A DNA stretch of 64,000 nt from Rhizodiscina lignyota. Taxonomy: Eukaryota. The stretch covers positions 372,001 through 436,000 of the forward strand of contig ML978137.1 in the NCBI GenBank assembly GCA_010015805.1, read 5' to 3'. Positions 10,924 to 24,710 of this stretch are shown one piece after another (the stretch's first letter is position 1; every line of letters starts with the position of its first letter). The position numbers and the translations under genes were made by a program. The notes below the pieces were generated by a model. The model did no database searches. It saw only the letters and a list, made by a program, of their open reading frames with translations, and was not told the origin of the DNA.

Positions 10924-13275
10924 ATGCCCTCTCTCATTCTCCTTTATGCATTTTTAGCGAGCATTTTCATTGGTGCAAAGGCTTCACCAAACATTCGTCA
11001 GTGTAGTCCAGATAAGCTTCCCCACAGTGCTTAGAGTTGTTGCTGACAATCCTTTCGACGAAGAGACCACTTTCGAAATTCCACTATAACTCACACTTCG
11101 TCTGCGCCCCCCACAACGTCGCCGACGGGATGCCCCGAGGACTGCAATGTTCTCATGTGGAGCTCGATAATAGCATGGTGGCCGAAGAGTGAGATCACTT
11201 TAATACCAGTCGCTACAGTTCTGCATGTCATCCGTAATGGCACGAATGTCACAGATATACAAACCATCACGAAACCGCCTCCAAAGGAGATACATGGGAA
11301 CAAGACAACGATTATGTCCGTCGAGCCAGTCGAAACTAATGCAGCCGGAACGGCATATGCAATCATTTCAAGTCTGGACAAGGATAAATTGACTTCAACG
11401 ACGATGACTTTGAGATATCCCGATTACTATTACGATTATGCCACTTCGTATCATGTGGGTAAAGGGCACGCGTATTTGACAGATGGTGCACATCCCATAT
11501 GTACTACTTATAGTCATTCATTGGCAATCCTACCATCGCATCCTAGTTACAGTACACCAGGTGCGGACGACGACACTATTTCCATATCGCGTGATAATAG
11601 CAACGGGGACGGATATGTTCCGGTATGGGAGACTTTCCAGGTCTATGGCTCAGATCCATTCTATGCCGCAGCATTTCCCACCGAAATGCCATTCCGCAGC
11701 TGCACATTTGGCGACTATGAACCCCTCCACCTGACAGCATCGAGGCACGGCTTCCCAGACAGGCCACCTGTCGCGTTATCGACTGTCGCAATGATAACGG
11801 AGACTTCAACTTCTTACGCGGCGTCGCTAGCATCACCGCGATGCAGCCAACTCGGGGACGATTGCGGCGCTCATTTGCATCCGCCTGAGACAAGTAAAGC
11901 GCTCGGTGACTCGACGTCGGCGTCTTCAAGTGCTGAGCCCCAGGTTACGCCCTCGCCAGCGCCAAAATCTAGTCCTGCGCAAATGGTGACTACAACGAAT
12001 GTTGCCGGAGGAATAGCATCCGCAATTGAAAGCGCCGCAGCCGCCTCAACTGCAGTCGGTGTATCACAAAGCGCTGCTCCTTCGCCGACTCATTCTCCTG
12101 AGATCTCCCCCGAGGCGGCCGATCAGGGGCGGAAGTCGTTGAAAACCACCGAAACCGGCTCAACATCACCAACGACGGAAAAGACTGCGCCAGAAGGCCT
12201 GATCTCGGCGATTGAGAGTGCCGCTGTAGATGCGAGCTCTTCAATCCTGAATCATTCCGCGCAAGTCGCGAATACTGCGGCGGCCGCACTTGAGGCCGCA
12301 GGACCCGCCGCGGCGACTCATGCAGCTTCATCTGGGACTACTTCTGGGGCAAAGGAAACCCCAGAGTCACCGCCAGAACAGGCATCTGGGATGAGCTCGA
12401 CGGTGCCGAACGGATTCGAGCCTGCGGAAGGGGGCGCATCTTCAACGCAGATTCCAACTAGCGCGGCGAAGCCATTACCAGGTGTTCCAGGTGGCGCAAT
12501 CGTTTTAACATCCGCAACCACGGATATTGGTGGGAGGCTGAGCACTGTGCCAGTTTACTCAATCGCCTCCCACACTGCTGCTGTTGGGTCAACAATGACG
12601 GTATCGGGCACTCCAATCGCCGTATTCACTTCGGCGAGCAGCGCATACTATGTCGTTGGAAGCCATGGCAGCGTAACAGAAGACTCCACCTTCCCATTGC
12701 CGGTGGCGAGTTCAAGCTACGCCGCAGTCTCGTTACCCGGCGCCCCAGGTGGGACGATTGCTCTTGCAACCGCAACGACGCTTATCGGTGGGAAGTTGAC
12801 CACCGTGCCTGTGTATGCAATTGGTTCCCAAACTGCAGCTTTAGGATCCACAATCACAGTATCGAATACTCCCGTCGCGGTGATCACCTCCGCGAGCCAT
12901 ACCTTCTATGTCGTGGGAACCCATGGCAGTGTGACACGGCAATCGACCATCGCCCTGGCCACAGTCCTTCCAAGTGCATCAGTTACCGCTGGTGGAGGAA
13001 TCGGTGGGTTCATCATGAGCGGACTCGGGGCGTCACAGTCGAGTGAGCCTGACACAGGCACCGGTAGTGCGGACGGTTCGTCCAAGGTAACCGGTGGAGG
13101 CGCCGAAGTGACGTCGAGTCCCTCACAGCAGAGCACTTTAGGGAGTCCAGCCAGTGTATCGCTACCTGCGGCCTTCACAGGTGGTGGCGAAAGTGGATTC
13201 GTATCGCGTGGCCAATTGTTGCTCGTTACGGGGCTCGTGATCGCGTTCAATGGCCTCTCGACATGGTGTACGTGA
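10924..13275 (+). CDS. Secreted Ser/Thr/Ala-rich, probably GPI-anchored cell-wall protein with an internal tandem duplication
   Basis: Signal-peptide-like exon 'MPSLILLYAFLASIFIGAKA'. One intron near 10997-11065 (boundaries uncertain). Long S/T/A-rich ORF ending 'AAFTGGG...LLLVTGLVIAF', resembling a GPI signal. Confidence 0.75.
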
Positions 13276-13711
13276 GGATTAGTAGGAAGTTAAGATTTGC
13301 GAATCCTAAAGATTAAGATATCCTAGAGTCCTCCATTGATTTGGCATCTTTCTCGCCACAACTATTCCAAATATTTCGTCTCGCGCGAGGGTATCAGCCA
13401 CAAGCCACAGGTTGAGCCCTTGCAGGGATCTGCCTGTTGTGAAATATGGACCGTTTCATGCATGCATGCATTGACATTTCCGCCGTTCTCTATCTGTGGG
13501 GTCGTTTGGTGTTTTGGAATACCTGCCGTATGGGAGAGATTCCAGTTTACCGGGCGTTAGTATCCGAAAAGAGGTCGTGTTGAGTTGAAGTGCCTGACAT
13601 GTTCTGGACCGCACACCGCCCATTACCCGGTAGCTGGTTACACGGTGTTAGGCACAGTGGTAAAATGCATTTGACGGAGAAACTCGAATTCGTGCTGTAT
13701 TAGGTGTTATC

Positions 13712-13718
13712 GGCTAAA
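13712..13718 (+). promoter_or_regulatory. Candidate XlnR/Xyr1 binding site GGCTAAA
   Basis: Matches the XlnR consensus about 500 bp upstream of the GH30 xylanase ATG. A single short motif could be chance. Confidence 0.35.
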
Positions 13719-14218
13719 GAATACCTTCGTATGCCCTAAAGGAAAAACTTATTTTATGGATAAAAGATGCTTGGCACTTAGCGGTCGTGAGCGGAGAGCT
13801 TGGCATCTCGGAGGTGTGCTCTACTCTCTGAGGGTACAGACCAACCTCGGCAGTCCACGAAGATGTTCCTCTCGCTGCTTAACATCAACTCAGGCGTATT
13901 ATGAAAGGTTCCCGAAGTATCTCGTGGCATCCGGCCAATTATCCGAATAGTTCCTTAAGAACTTTCTGAGGCATTCGCAACGCCGTAGTCTCGCAATCCC
14001 CTAAAGGGAGACGAGCAATTATCCACACGACGAACAGCTACTCCCCAGATCCGGACATCAGGAAAGTCTAGTTCTAGCAAGCGTCGGAAAGCCGGCCTAA
14101 AGGTAGGTGAGGGGAAGATATTCAGGTACCATTTATTTTTAGGCGGTTGCTGTCGTTCAAAAAATAATAAAATCTGGTCCGTCTTTCAACTCTGTGCGCT
14201 TCATTGAACGTCTCTACG

Positions 14219-15817
14219 ATGTCTTTACGTGCGTGTCTCCTTGCTCTCGTAGCTTCTGCTGGTGCTTCCTCTTCCAATGGAGGGCACCCTTCGTCGGCGC
14301 AAGTCACAATCGATGCGTCGAAAACGTTTCAAGAGTATGATGGGATGGGATTCAGCCAGGCCTTCCAGCGCGCCACGCACATCCACGGCACGCGTGCCAT
14401 TTCTCCCCTCAACGAGACACTGTCCCCAAAGAACTCGTCTCTAGTCCTCGATCTGCTTTTTACTGAGAAAGGCGCAAATTTCAACATCCTCCGCAATGGG
14501 ATTGGCGCCTCGCTGACCGATACGTACGACCTCGTATGTTAGCCTGTGGTGCAGACATGGAACTCGGATGCATGTTAATTTGCTGCTCTTTAGATGCTCT
14601 CCATCATTCCTGTGGACCCAGGCTCTCCGAATGCGAAGCCGCACTACGTCTTCAACCATGATGATGGGAGCCAGGTCTGGCTTTCGAAAGAAGCGAAGAA
14701 GCGGCAGCCGAACCTGCTGATCTACGCCGACGCGTGGTCCGCACCGGGCTTTATGAAGGACAACGGAACCGAGAACTTTGGTGGCCATCTCTGCGGAGTG
14801 ACTGGGACGCACTGCAAGACCGGAGACTGGAGGCAGGCATATGCTAATATGCTCGTCCAATATATCCGCTTCTATGCGGAGGAGGGCATTAAGATTGACT
14901 ATCTGGGCTTTTTGAATGAGCCTGTAAGCGCCATTGCACTAAACATTAGCTGCTGGCTGCTGAATGAGAATCTTAGGACCTTGCAACTTCCTACGCGTCA
15001 ATGCAGTCTGATGGCACTCAGGCGGCCGATTTTCTTGAGGTCCTCTATCCGACGCTTAAGAAATCGCCGTTTAAGACAAAGATCTGCTGCTGCGATACCG
15101 CAGGGTGGGAAGAAATGCGCCCAAGGCTAGCAGAAATCCAAGACAGGAATCTGGAATACACCGTTGATATTGTCACGTCTCACGGCTACGATAGTCCCCC
15201 ATCTACGCCATTCGACACGACACACAAGGTCTGGCAGACGGAATGGGCAGAGCTGAATCTGCCTTGGAGCCCTGTGTGGGACAATGTGAGCGCACCGTTC
15301 GAAGGCTTGGTGAGTTACCCTCTTCGAGAAACTGATAATGGCGCCGGATTGACAATGCGGAAAGGTTTGGGCGCAGAACGTGCAAGACGCGTTCGTCAAA
15401 TCGAACGTGAGCGCTTTTCTCAACTGGATCGGCTCCGAGTATACGACAGGCAATTCGCCACTGATCCTCAATTACGGCGACAGTGTTGAGATCTCCAAGC
15501 GCTTCTGGGCTTACGCGCACTTCAGCAAGTTTGTGCGGCCTGGAGCGCGTCGCATCGACGCTGAATCGAGCAGTGACGATCTTCATGTTTCTGCGTTCAG
15601 GAACCCTGATGGCACGGCGGCGATCCAGGTCATTAATGTTGGTAATGGCACTGAAGTCGTCGCTTTCAAGACGAGCCACGCCCGTGGGCCGAGCATTAAG
15701 AGCTATCTTACAAACAACCAGTATGATTTGAAAGAGAGCACTGTGAAATACTCCGGACGAGGGTCATTTTCGGGCAGTGTGCCTGCCAGGAGTATGGTTA
15801 GCTTCGTTATGCGATAA
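14219..15817 (+). CDS. Secreted glycoside hydrolase family 30 subfamily 7 (glucuronoxylanase-type xylanase)
   Basis: Signal peptide, 'DGMGFSQAFQRA', 'ILRNGIG', 'YADAWSAPGFMK', catalytic 'NEP(D)' and 'WQTEW', 'HFSKFVRPGARRI'. Introns 14534-14593, 14924-14976 and 15310-15364. Confidence 0.92.
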
Positions 15818-18800
15818 GGTTCGAGCGTGCCGGGACGTGCTTTTTGGCACCTTTTTCCCGGGTTGTGAGTCGCAAGGAGAGTATTTGAGAGGTATTCAGC
15901 GCGATGACAGATCTGCGCTCTTGGCATTCCGCCTCCCTGCCCAGAGGCTCCTTCAAACATTACCTGAAGAAGTAATCTTGTTCCCCGCACGTGAGAAACG
16001 GGACTTTGACGTCTGAGCTCTCGAGCTTGACGTGTGGCTGTTGACGTGTTGTATGACGAAACACGAAGGATGACAGATAGTGAGAGCCGAGCCAGGTAAG
16101 GCGAGCGCGAGCGCGAGCACCAGGGAAAGCGACACAAGGGAAAGCGAATGCTACCTTCCGAAGCCAATGCAATGCTGCGACTTCGTCAATGCGAACGTAA
16201 AACATTGTTTACGCATGTTGGCTGCTATTTGGGCTGCTTGTTTGAAACAACGACGTGGTTTCGAGGTGCTCGCCGTTATATGCGATGCATGCAGGTGTGC
16301 AGAGCGCGCATCTCGCCAACTTCATGCAGACAGCCTGATCTCGTTAAGTTGCGATTGGCATCGATTCATAGACCGGTCGGCAGTTGGTGTAAGTATCCAT
16401 GCTTATCGTATAATTTCATGCCCGCTATTAATTTGTTTTGCAATAGCGCCAGTGGAGTGATATGGAGAGGGCGGTTTGAGACAAGTTGAGATCGCCGTGG
16501 GCATGGTTGGAGCTTCATCTAGGCCGCTGTATGAGGGAGAGGGGGAGCTAAGCACTTGACAGAGCCGTTAAACTTTAGTTGGGATCAGGGTACCAGGCGG
16601 GAGGGAAGGACGGTTCCGAGTTGATCGTTACCAAACCCTCGGGTTCGGGTCTACTTGCATTTTCGACAGGCGCCACGGCAGAGAGGTTATGTCAACATGA
16701 TGTTGCGAGCCAGAAACTATGCGGAGACGATGCGATTACAATGTTGTGGAGAAGGCTCAGCTATTATGCTCGTGCTATTGACACAGATGTTGGTGATGCG
16801 GAATCTATTGGTCTTCGTGTTGGAATGCGAGCACTCAGCCTCTCCGGCGAGCACCTGCAGACGTAGCTGTAGCGAGAGTACATTTCTTCCGCACGAATGA
16901 GCGTGTAGGGACACGGTGTGCATTTCACATCTCGCGTGCCGGGTAAGGCGAAACAACCACCTGCGACCTGTAATTCACCGACAGGATAGTGAGGAGGGAG
17001 AAGAGTTGAAGTGCGCGCGATATGAACTTCTGGCGGTGGAGGAGCGCATCCTTGCCGAATGACTTGTGCAAGGGCATCGAGGCAGAATTTTGAATGTGCC
17101 GGAGCGCAGTGCCTATTGGCTCCCTCCGCTGTCCATCATCAGCGTTGGACCCATTTCACAATGCCTGTCGATTGTCCCAGGTTCCTGGACAGGCGGTGGG
17201 AACCAAAGAACGCTTTCATGAAGCTGCGCACCGGTCTCCCACCGTGGCACCGTGACGACCGTTATCCCACGAAGCCCGCATATCCGGCGGCTTTGGCGGA
17301 TCTCTCCCGGTATGCTGCCGGCGTCTGGGATCCCCAGACGCAGTGGGTGGTTCATTCGACGTCAGGCCAGGTGTCGCAAGTCGCGCACTCGAGTCAGTAT
17401 CCAACGCTTCCGCGATCTAAGTGACGCCGACGGCGCGAAAGGCTCCCCTCCGGCGCGAGGTACACAATTTCATTCAGCGTGCGAAAACGTCGTCGAGACA
17501 CGTCTAAGTTGACGGCTTGGCCAATGGACTTGAGAGCGCCGCACCGAATGTAGCGGAAGAGGGTTCGGCCATGCTTACTAGGCTGATTAGGCTGGCTATG
17601 TGGCTTTCAGAATGCCACGATACCACAGTCACTACGTGCGGAAGGGTGTAGTCGCACGGTTACGGCCGCTACAGGCTAAGGGCATAGTGATGATGGATAG
17701 TAGAGTAAAAGCAAATTCGACTGATGGGCATTCCAGATGCCCGTGGGAGAAAGTCGATGCCCCGGGAGTCCCGACAGAGGTATGCCGTATTAGGGTTCGG
17801 CGCTTTACGCATCCACGTCCACTTGCATTTGGCGGGTGCGATGGCAGGCTCAGGTGCGGACTGCCCGAGACGGCTCTGGCAGCTCGCCGATCGCATCGTT
17901 TTGTCATCTCGAGGTCGAGACTGAAGCGTTTCTAATATGTGGACAGACAGACCTCGCGATGACAAAAAGCACAGCGTCCAACTTAGCTCTGCGCCGCGGC
18001 TGTGGTTGGCTGCATGTTATGAATAGCAAAGTGATTATAACACTGGAAGGCCTCGTCTCGAAAAGCAGCTTCGCGCAGGCGGCAGGGACGGCGGGGGCGC
18101 TGATAGGCCGCTGCCGCCGTAGCGTGTGGTTAAATGGCAGCAGCAGAGGCCTCCAAAAATAGGCGGCCGCATGCGGCGTAGCGCGTCATCATTTGGCGTG
18201 CTGCGCTGATCCATGCCTCCCAGAAATCAGATTCAGAACGCTGCTCCCCATGCTGCTGCTGCGTCTGTGCATGTGCCTGTGCATTTGCACTGACCGACCA
18301 GCCTCAACCCTCTCCCGCGCTTTCAGTCCGCTCTCCAGCCATGCCCGCACAAACTGTCAGCGCCCATTGGCGTTCCTGGCTTAGTCGATGCCACCAGAGT
18401 GCGGTGCCTGCATGGAAGCTCCGATACCCGCCTTCCATCTTCCATGACACACGCCATATGCCTCCCAAGACTCCGCCCACTGCCAAAGCGCGCTCTCATC
18501 TCAGACTATTCATAGCCTTCCCCTCCACCACGCACACCCTGGGAGCCCATCTCCCGCGCAGAGCTCACGGACATTTCGAAACGCTTTCTTAAACTACTTA
18601 GTCTACACATAGCCGCAAGCCCTATCCAATTCCAAAATAACTGCATCAGCACCTGCTCCACCCCCCACCATGCCAACCCTGTGATCATCAACTCCTGGCC
18701 CTCTACAAAGATTCCCTTTCCACCACTGCCGACTTCATCCTCGCCTCAAATACGTCCTAGCGCATAGAGCCTCATCCGCTTCTGGATCCCCATCACCGGC

Positions 18801-19089
18801 TCGGTGCCACATCTCACGAGTACATATGTAAAGGCTGCAGCTCCGCCCCCTACTTATGCCCGGACTCTTCGACGTCAGAGGAAAAGTGCCCCATCTCGTG
18901 AGCCCCAAGCAGCCACAGCACAACAACACACCCTCGCTCCACAGTCGAACTCGCCGAGCTCAAATGCGGTCCTCCGCCCCAGGCGCCGTCGGCGCCAGGA
19001 ACGATCAACCGCAACCTGGCGAGTTGGCAGACGCTTCGATATCAAGTCGTCGACCGACGTCGAGGGCGGCCGACACTAGCAGCCACCCG

Positions 19090-19110
19090 CAACAACAACA
19101 ACAACAACAA
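19090..19110 (+). repeat. (CAA)7 microsatellite
   Basis: Read directly; encodes poly-Gln if the TF starts at 18856, otherwise in the 5' UTR. Confidence 0.9.
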
Positions 19111-19218
19111 ACTCTTTCAGCTCCTCCGGGCGATGCATCCGCAGCTTCATCCTCCAGAACTCCTTCATCAAGACGAACTGGCAGGATGCAACAACGCTCG
19201 CAGAACCAATCTGATCAA

Positions 19219-22200
19219 ATGGCCCCAAGATCCATCACCTATACCAGGACAGGACGGATCAGCAAGGCGAAGAAAGGCGTGAAAGGCGCTCATGTCTGCG
19301 CTTGTGGAAAGGTACCACTTTTCATTTTAGCCCGTTCATTATCAAGCATGCACTAACTAATTTTGCGTAGACTTATTCTCGAGCAGAGCATCTAAGGTAT
19401 TTGGACTCCAGCTGAGTTGTGATGTAACCAGCTTACTGATGGCCCCCACTAGGCGACACCAGCAGAATCATGGCGAAATCCTCTATTGCAAGTATCCTGA
19501 TTGCGACAAGACCTTTCACAGACAGGACCTTCTTCGACGCCATGAAGAGAAGCAGTATGTGTTTCTCTGTCAAAATGAATGGCCCTTGCTCACCTCTTCC
19601 AGCATGCACGGCGACGCGATGCAGGTTTCCGAGTCGCGGAGTCCAAGCATCAGCTACACCACGGCAACGGAAATCGAGCCACTACATGGCACAACCGGTG
19701 TCTCGCACGCAAATACGCCAGGCTATTCTCCAGCTCCAACTCAAACAACCTCTATCTCGCAACCACCAACTCCATACGATCCCTCTGGCATTATGTCTGC
19801 TCCAAGGTACACGGTTTCTCAATTCAATCAGTTTCGTAGCATAAGTCAGAGTTTCTCTGGACCTTTTCTTTCTCCAGATGCCAAGTGAGTCCCGCGGTGG
19901 ATCCTGCGGCATGAGTCGTCTTTCATTTCTTATTCGTCTCTTGTCTTTTGTGGGCGCGATAGCAGTGGATTCAGAACGAAACTGACTGGTCTCGTAGTGT
20001 GACGAAGGAACGTCGAGCAGTTGGACTCGGAGTACAACCAGCGGCTCTTCAAATCCCTTCCCAGGGCGGTGTGGAGGCAACTCCCGTGTCCTTCCAAGAA
20101 GTTTTGAGCGCTGGCTCCCACTACTCGACATCGAGCGACTACCCGCAATGGCCGGCATACGCACCGCAATATATGGCTCATCCCTCGATTCAAGACCTCT
20201 ACCCGCAGAGACCGTCTCCGATTGTCACAAGCCAAGAACAGTGGCCATCACAGCATGCGCAGAGCATGATGTCTCCTGTTTCAGCAACTACAGCACCTCA
20301 GCCGGCGTTCTGGTACCAAGACAAGACATTCTCGACCCCTCTCAACACCACCCTCGACCTGAGCTATCCTCTGGAACTTCAAACCCTCCTTCCTACAGTC
20401 ACTGACACAGTCTCTCCATATGTACCATACGCGACAACGGATTGGGACCAGGCGTCGGTTCAGTCAATTACGCCAATTGGCGTTAAGGCAGAGTCTTCCT
20501 CCCCCATTGCTGTACTGGACAGTCAACCACTGTCAGCAAGTCTAAATCATCATGCAAAGCAGTCATACATTGACGCTTATTGGGAGTACTTCCACCCGCT
20601 CTTCCCCATACTGCATAAGCCAACAATGGAACAGCAGCGACAGAGCCATCAGCAACAATCGGGGAGTAATCTACTCCTCAGGGCTGCGCTCGTAATGTGC
20701 GGTGCGACTTTCACGAGAGAGGAGTCTAGGTGGTGGGATGGGAAACTTCTCTTAAGAAAGTGTCTTCAATACATGACGCAGGTTAGTGAATATTTTGCAC
20801 TTTTAAACATTGAAAGAAGATGGAATCGAGTGCTAACATGGAGAATTCCAGGAGCACATTGTAGCAAACGACATCGCGAGCATGCAAGCGCTCTTTCTCA
20901 TCGAAGCGTATACCCAATTCCACAGCCAGCGCGCTCCGCCTCAACTGTCTGATCAATTCTTCAGTATTGTCCATCAGGTACGTACAGCACCTATATACTC
21001 ACAAACAGGTTGCTCAGAAATCTTAGCTCCAACATGACCCCGATACTCACACTGCTGCAACGAAACCGAACCGTCTCGCCTCACCATATCTCGACGACCA
21101 ATTGAACCAGCAGTGGAACTCATGGATACGGGCGCACTCGAAGCAGCGACTTCTGCTAGCTTGCAACATTCTGATGACACAGACAGCTCTCTACCTTACA
21201 CACCACGCCAATACAGCTCGACTCTCATGGCAGGACCTGCATCTCCCCGTTTCCAATCCGCTGTGGGATTCCGGCAATGCGGCGCATTGGCGCGCTCTTC
21301 TACCGCATGAACCACACTCTACACCTGTGGCAGATACTCTCGCTACGCTTCACGCAGTGCAATATTACCCGTACGACCACTTTCAGTCCGCCATTCTCAT
21401 TGCCGCACACGCCACTCTTCGACCAGCCGATCCGACCACCGCGCAGGCTCTGACTTATGCTGTTTCTCACGCCCCGGCAACGCAGCTTCATCTGCAAGCC
21501 ACTCTGATGGCTTCTTGTTCGCCTCTCCGAGCGCTTTTGGCTGTTGCAGGAGAGTCGTGGACGCCAGCGGGCGGACGCCTCGCAACGCATGCGCGCACCG
21601 CAGCCGTAGAGCTTGGCCACATGAAGAGCGCCTTGCGAAACTGGATAAATCAAGGCTTTGCATTTGGAGGCGCTGGACCTACCTCTGCCGGTCGACGAAC
21701 GTCGGTAACTTCAGATCCCGGTTCAATCAGCGCACCGGTACACCGCGCGGTGCAGCACGCCTTGACAGTCATACGTCTGGCAGCACAACTCGAAGACGAA
21801 GGCCGCTCGCTTCCTTTCGCAGGCGAAATGCCACTCTTTGCAGCAACACTCGTGCTCTGGGCCGTTGGCTTCGAAGCCATGCGACGTGGCGTGAACCCAC
21901 AATACGGCGCGATGACTCCGCCTCTAACAACATCCTCGGACACCAGCACAGCCGCAGCACGACAAGGCGTTGCACTCTTTCTGGCGAACGTGGATGCAGG
22001 CCTTACTGAGCGCCTCTGGAACTCTACGGATATCAACGGCGCACTGCAGTGGCGGCAAGGCGTCGATGCTACCATGCGCTGGGCACGACTGCGCATAGCT
22101 GGTAGCAACAACGCCGTTGCAGCTGCGGCAGCAGAGAGCGCGGCAGCAGCAGCAGCCAGACCACGATCACAGTCTCTCCCCCAACTCCAGAGCCAGACTC

Positions 22201-22316
22201 AATCGCAGATGACCGTTCAGGGTCAATCTCAGGCACAATGGGGTGAGCTCGCGGCTGGCGCAGTCAATGTGCTGCGAAGAGTCGAGAGTCGCGGCTGGGC
22301 CGGCATGTGGTTCTGA
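19219..22316 (+). CDS. C2H2 zinc-finger transcription factor with fungal-specific TF domain (start may be upstream at 19187 or 18856)
   Basis: Spliced fingers 'HVCACGK|TYSRAEHLR|RHQQNH..YCKYPDCDKTFHRQDLLRRHEEKH'; 'YIDAYWEYFHPLFPILHKPT'; 'LPVSNPLWD'. About six GT-AG introns (near 19312, 19397, 19555, 19885, 20782, 20979). Confidence 0.88.
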
Positions 22317-24710
22317 GGCCATGAGACACCACTTCGACTATTTTCTTTCTTCAATTCTATGATACCCCTTTACTCTTTCTTACGGTCTTTTGGGCAGTTT
22401 ACTCGATTTGCATTGGCTTCTACGGCGTTTTCTGGTATTAACGGGTTCGCTTTGTCCGCGAGGTGCATGGCATGATACTGGAAACGCATTTGCATGAGCG
22501 TGGAGCAATTTCTGACGATGGCACGAGGGTTTGAGTTTTCTCAGTTGTTTGGCGTTCAGTTTTGGATTCCTTTTTTCTGCCTCTGGACTCGTTTCCATCT
22601 CATTGTACTCTACATGCGTTTGATTTCCTGTATTCTCTTCTGTGGATTCGGAGGAGGTCCCCTTTCTCTAGCGATTCAGATTTCCTATCTTTTCTGGAAT
22701 GTCAGCTCTTTCCTCAGATTCCAGAGCCGTCTCTTGTCTCTCACGACGCTCTCCTAAGCGGTTTACGCGTTCTGTCTCATTTCCGCAAAAGGACGTGCAG
22801 CTAAACGTTTCCACTTGCACGACACGCGATGACTCTATTTCTGTTTTGATACCCATGCATGCATGAGTCGACTGCGACTCTTTTTTGTTTCTGGTGCGCT
22901 AGAGTACATACGTCGCCTGCATTTGGCTTTGTCGCAATTACGTGCATTGTACATAGTGTATTTTCGCATCTCACGTCAACGCTTTTCTCGGCGTGGTGTG
23001 GTCTCACGATAGAGTTCTGATGCAGCGCCGTTAGATCTGCAGCGGCTCCCGGTTGGTCCGTGTGGTTGGTGTGGAAGCTTGTGCCACTGGCCCGTGTGCG
23101 TGTGGCGCGTGCATCTGGCGTTGCTATTTTTAGTTATTTTTAGAAGCCCTTCACGATACGAGGGTACCTTGCTGCATATGATTTCCGCACTGTCGGGTCG
23201 ACGAGACGAGACGAGACTTGGAAACACGGCACTCCCGAACGGCTCTCTTGTAATATTAGCTTGGGGCTTGAGCCTGTATGTACGATAGACGACGCTTCGG
23301 AAATTGTGGTCTTCAAGATCGTCAATGCCGTTTCGCCGTGGTTGTTGTTAGCCCGACCTTGTGGTTCGGTCGGATTAATGATACCTTTCACACACGAGCC
23401 ACGCAACCACCAACAGCTTCGCTTGATGAAATTAGAACCTTCTCGCTTCGCGCGCAAGCATGCGAAACGTCGCTCCAAAGTATACTCGATATAGCGAAGA
23501 GGTCGGTACATCCGCCAAGATTGACGGACGTTCAAATTTTTATCTGATCGGCTCAGGCACGCCGAAATGCCCGATGCGCTAGCACAAATACGGACAGCGC
23601 CCAGCATGATCGTCTCGAAGTCGCGAGATATGCGACTGTTCTGCAAGTCGATGAACTTACTCGGGCCCTTTTGGCATTGCCTCATTCTGGAGAATACTAT
23701 CAAGAGCATGGGTCCATTGACATAATGCACCTGGGCAAAGGGTTTGTCATCAACTTCAGCGTTGCTGATAATGGGAATGGCTGGAATGAGAGCGTGGATA
23801 GCCTCAATCTTCATTGCCTCAACGCCGCTAGAAAGCGTCGCGATATCGGTCCCCCATGGTATCTTGCCAAGCCATTGATAGGGTCTCGAACATGGCAGCA
23901 AACGAAAGTACGTCTCGCTTACCGCTGTCGGAACAGAGCCGAATCGCTAGTCTCTCCACGCTGTCGGCGGCTTGTAGATCTTCTTTGAAGTACTAGCAAC
24001 GTTGCATCCTACACATTTGGAAAAAGGTTACTTTACATGTTGATGGGTGTAATGAGGCCAGCTGTCACAGCTGCCAAGGCCACAGGCCTCGTCAGTACGT
24101 TCTCCAATGTTGATTGCTGTTCCTGCTCGAATATTGGCTTACCGTCTACAGAGGTTTTCTGTACATTCCATCTGAATCTTCCTACAGTAACACTTTACAC
24201 TCGGTACTATTAATGATATCAAGCTCAGCTAGAGTCATTTGTATAACTCCTGGAGACTCAGTACAACGAGATAACTTACATCGAAAGGCTTCAAACGTAC
24301 AGAGCTTTCTGCAATAAGATGATCGATCACTGAGACAGTTAGTCTTGCAACGCTAATCTCTTTAAGCGTTTATTTTTCAGAGAATGCATTTACTTTAAAG
24401 CTGTTCAGTGTGCTGAAGGATGAGTAAAGACTGACAAAGGTCTGCAGGTGCTTAGCCAACACGAGTTGCGGCCTTTTGCGGCCGACAATCACCTTTTAGG
24501 CCGACGTGCGCTATCAACGGTGACAAGCCACAGACAGGTTGCTTTATCACAGGATGGGTTCAGCTTCAAATTCATGAATTCCTGCGACATCGGCAGTTCT
24601 GCTATCGAAATATTCGACATGCGTGCTTTAACCCGTTCGGCAGTGAGCGGCGGAGTGTAGCGCTCCAACGACCGAACCTCGGATAACTACGATATTTCAC
24701 TATCCTCGAT

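Noticed and set aside
15900..18800. Many 60-150 aa ORFs in the long gap before the C2H2 TF, plus (GCGAGC)3 at 16101-16118
   Set aside because: Random-looking translations; long upstream regions are normal for fungal TF genes.
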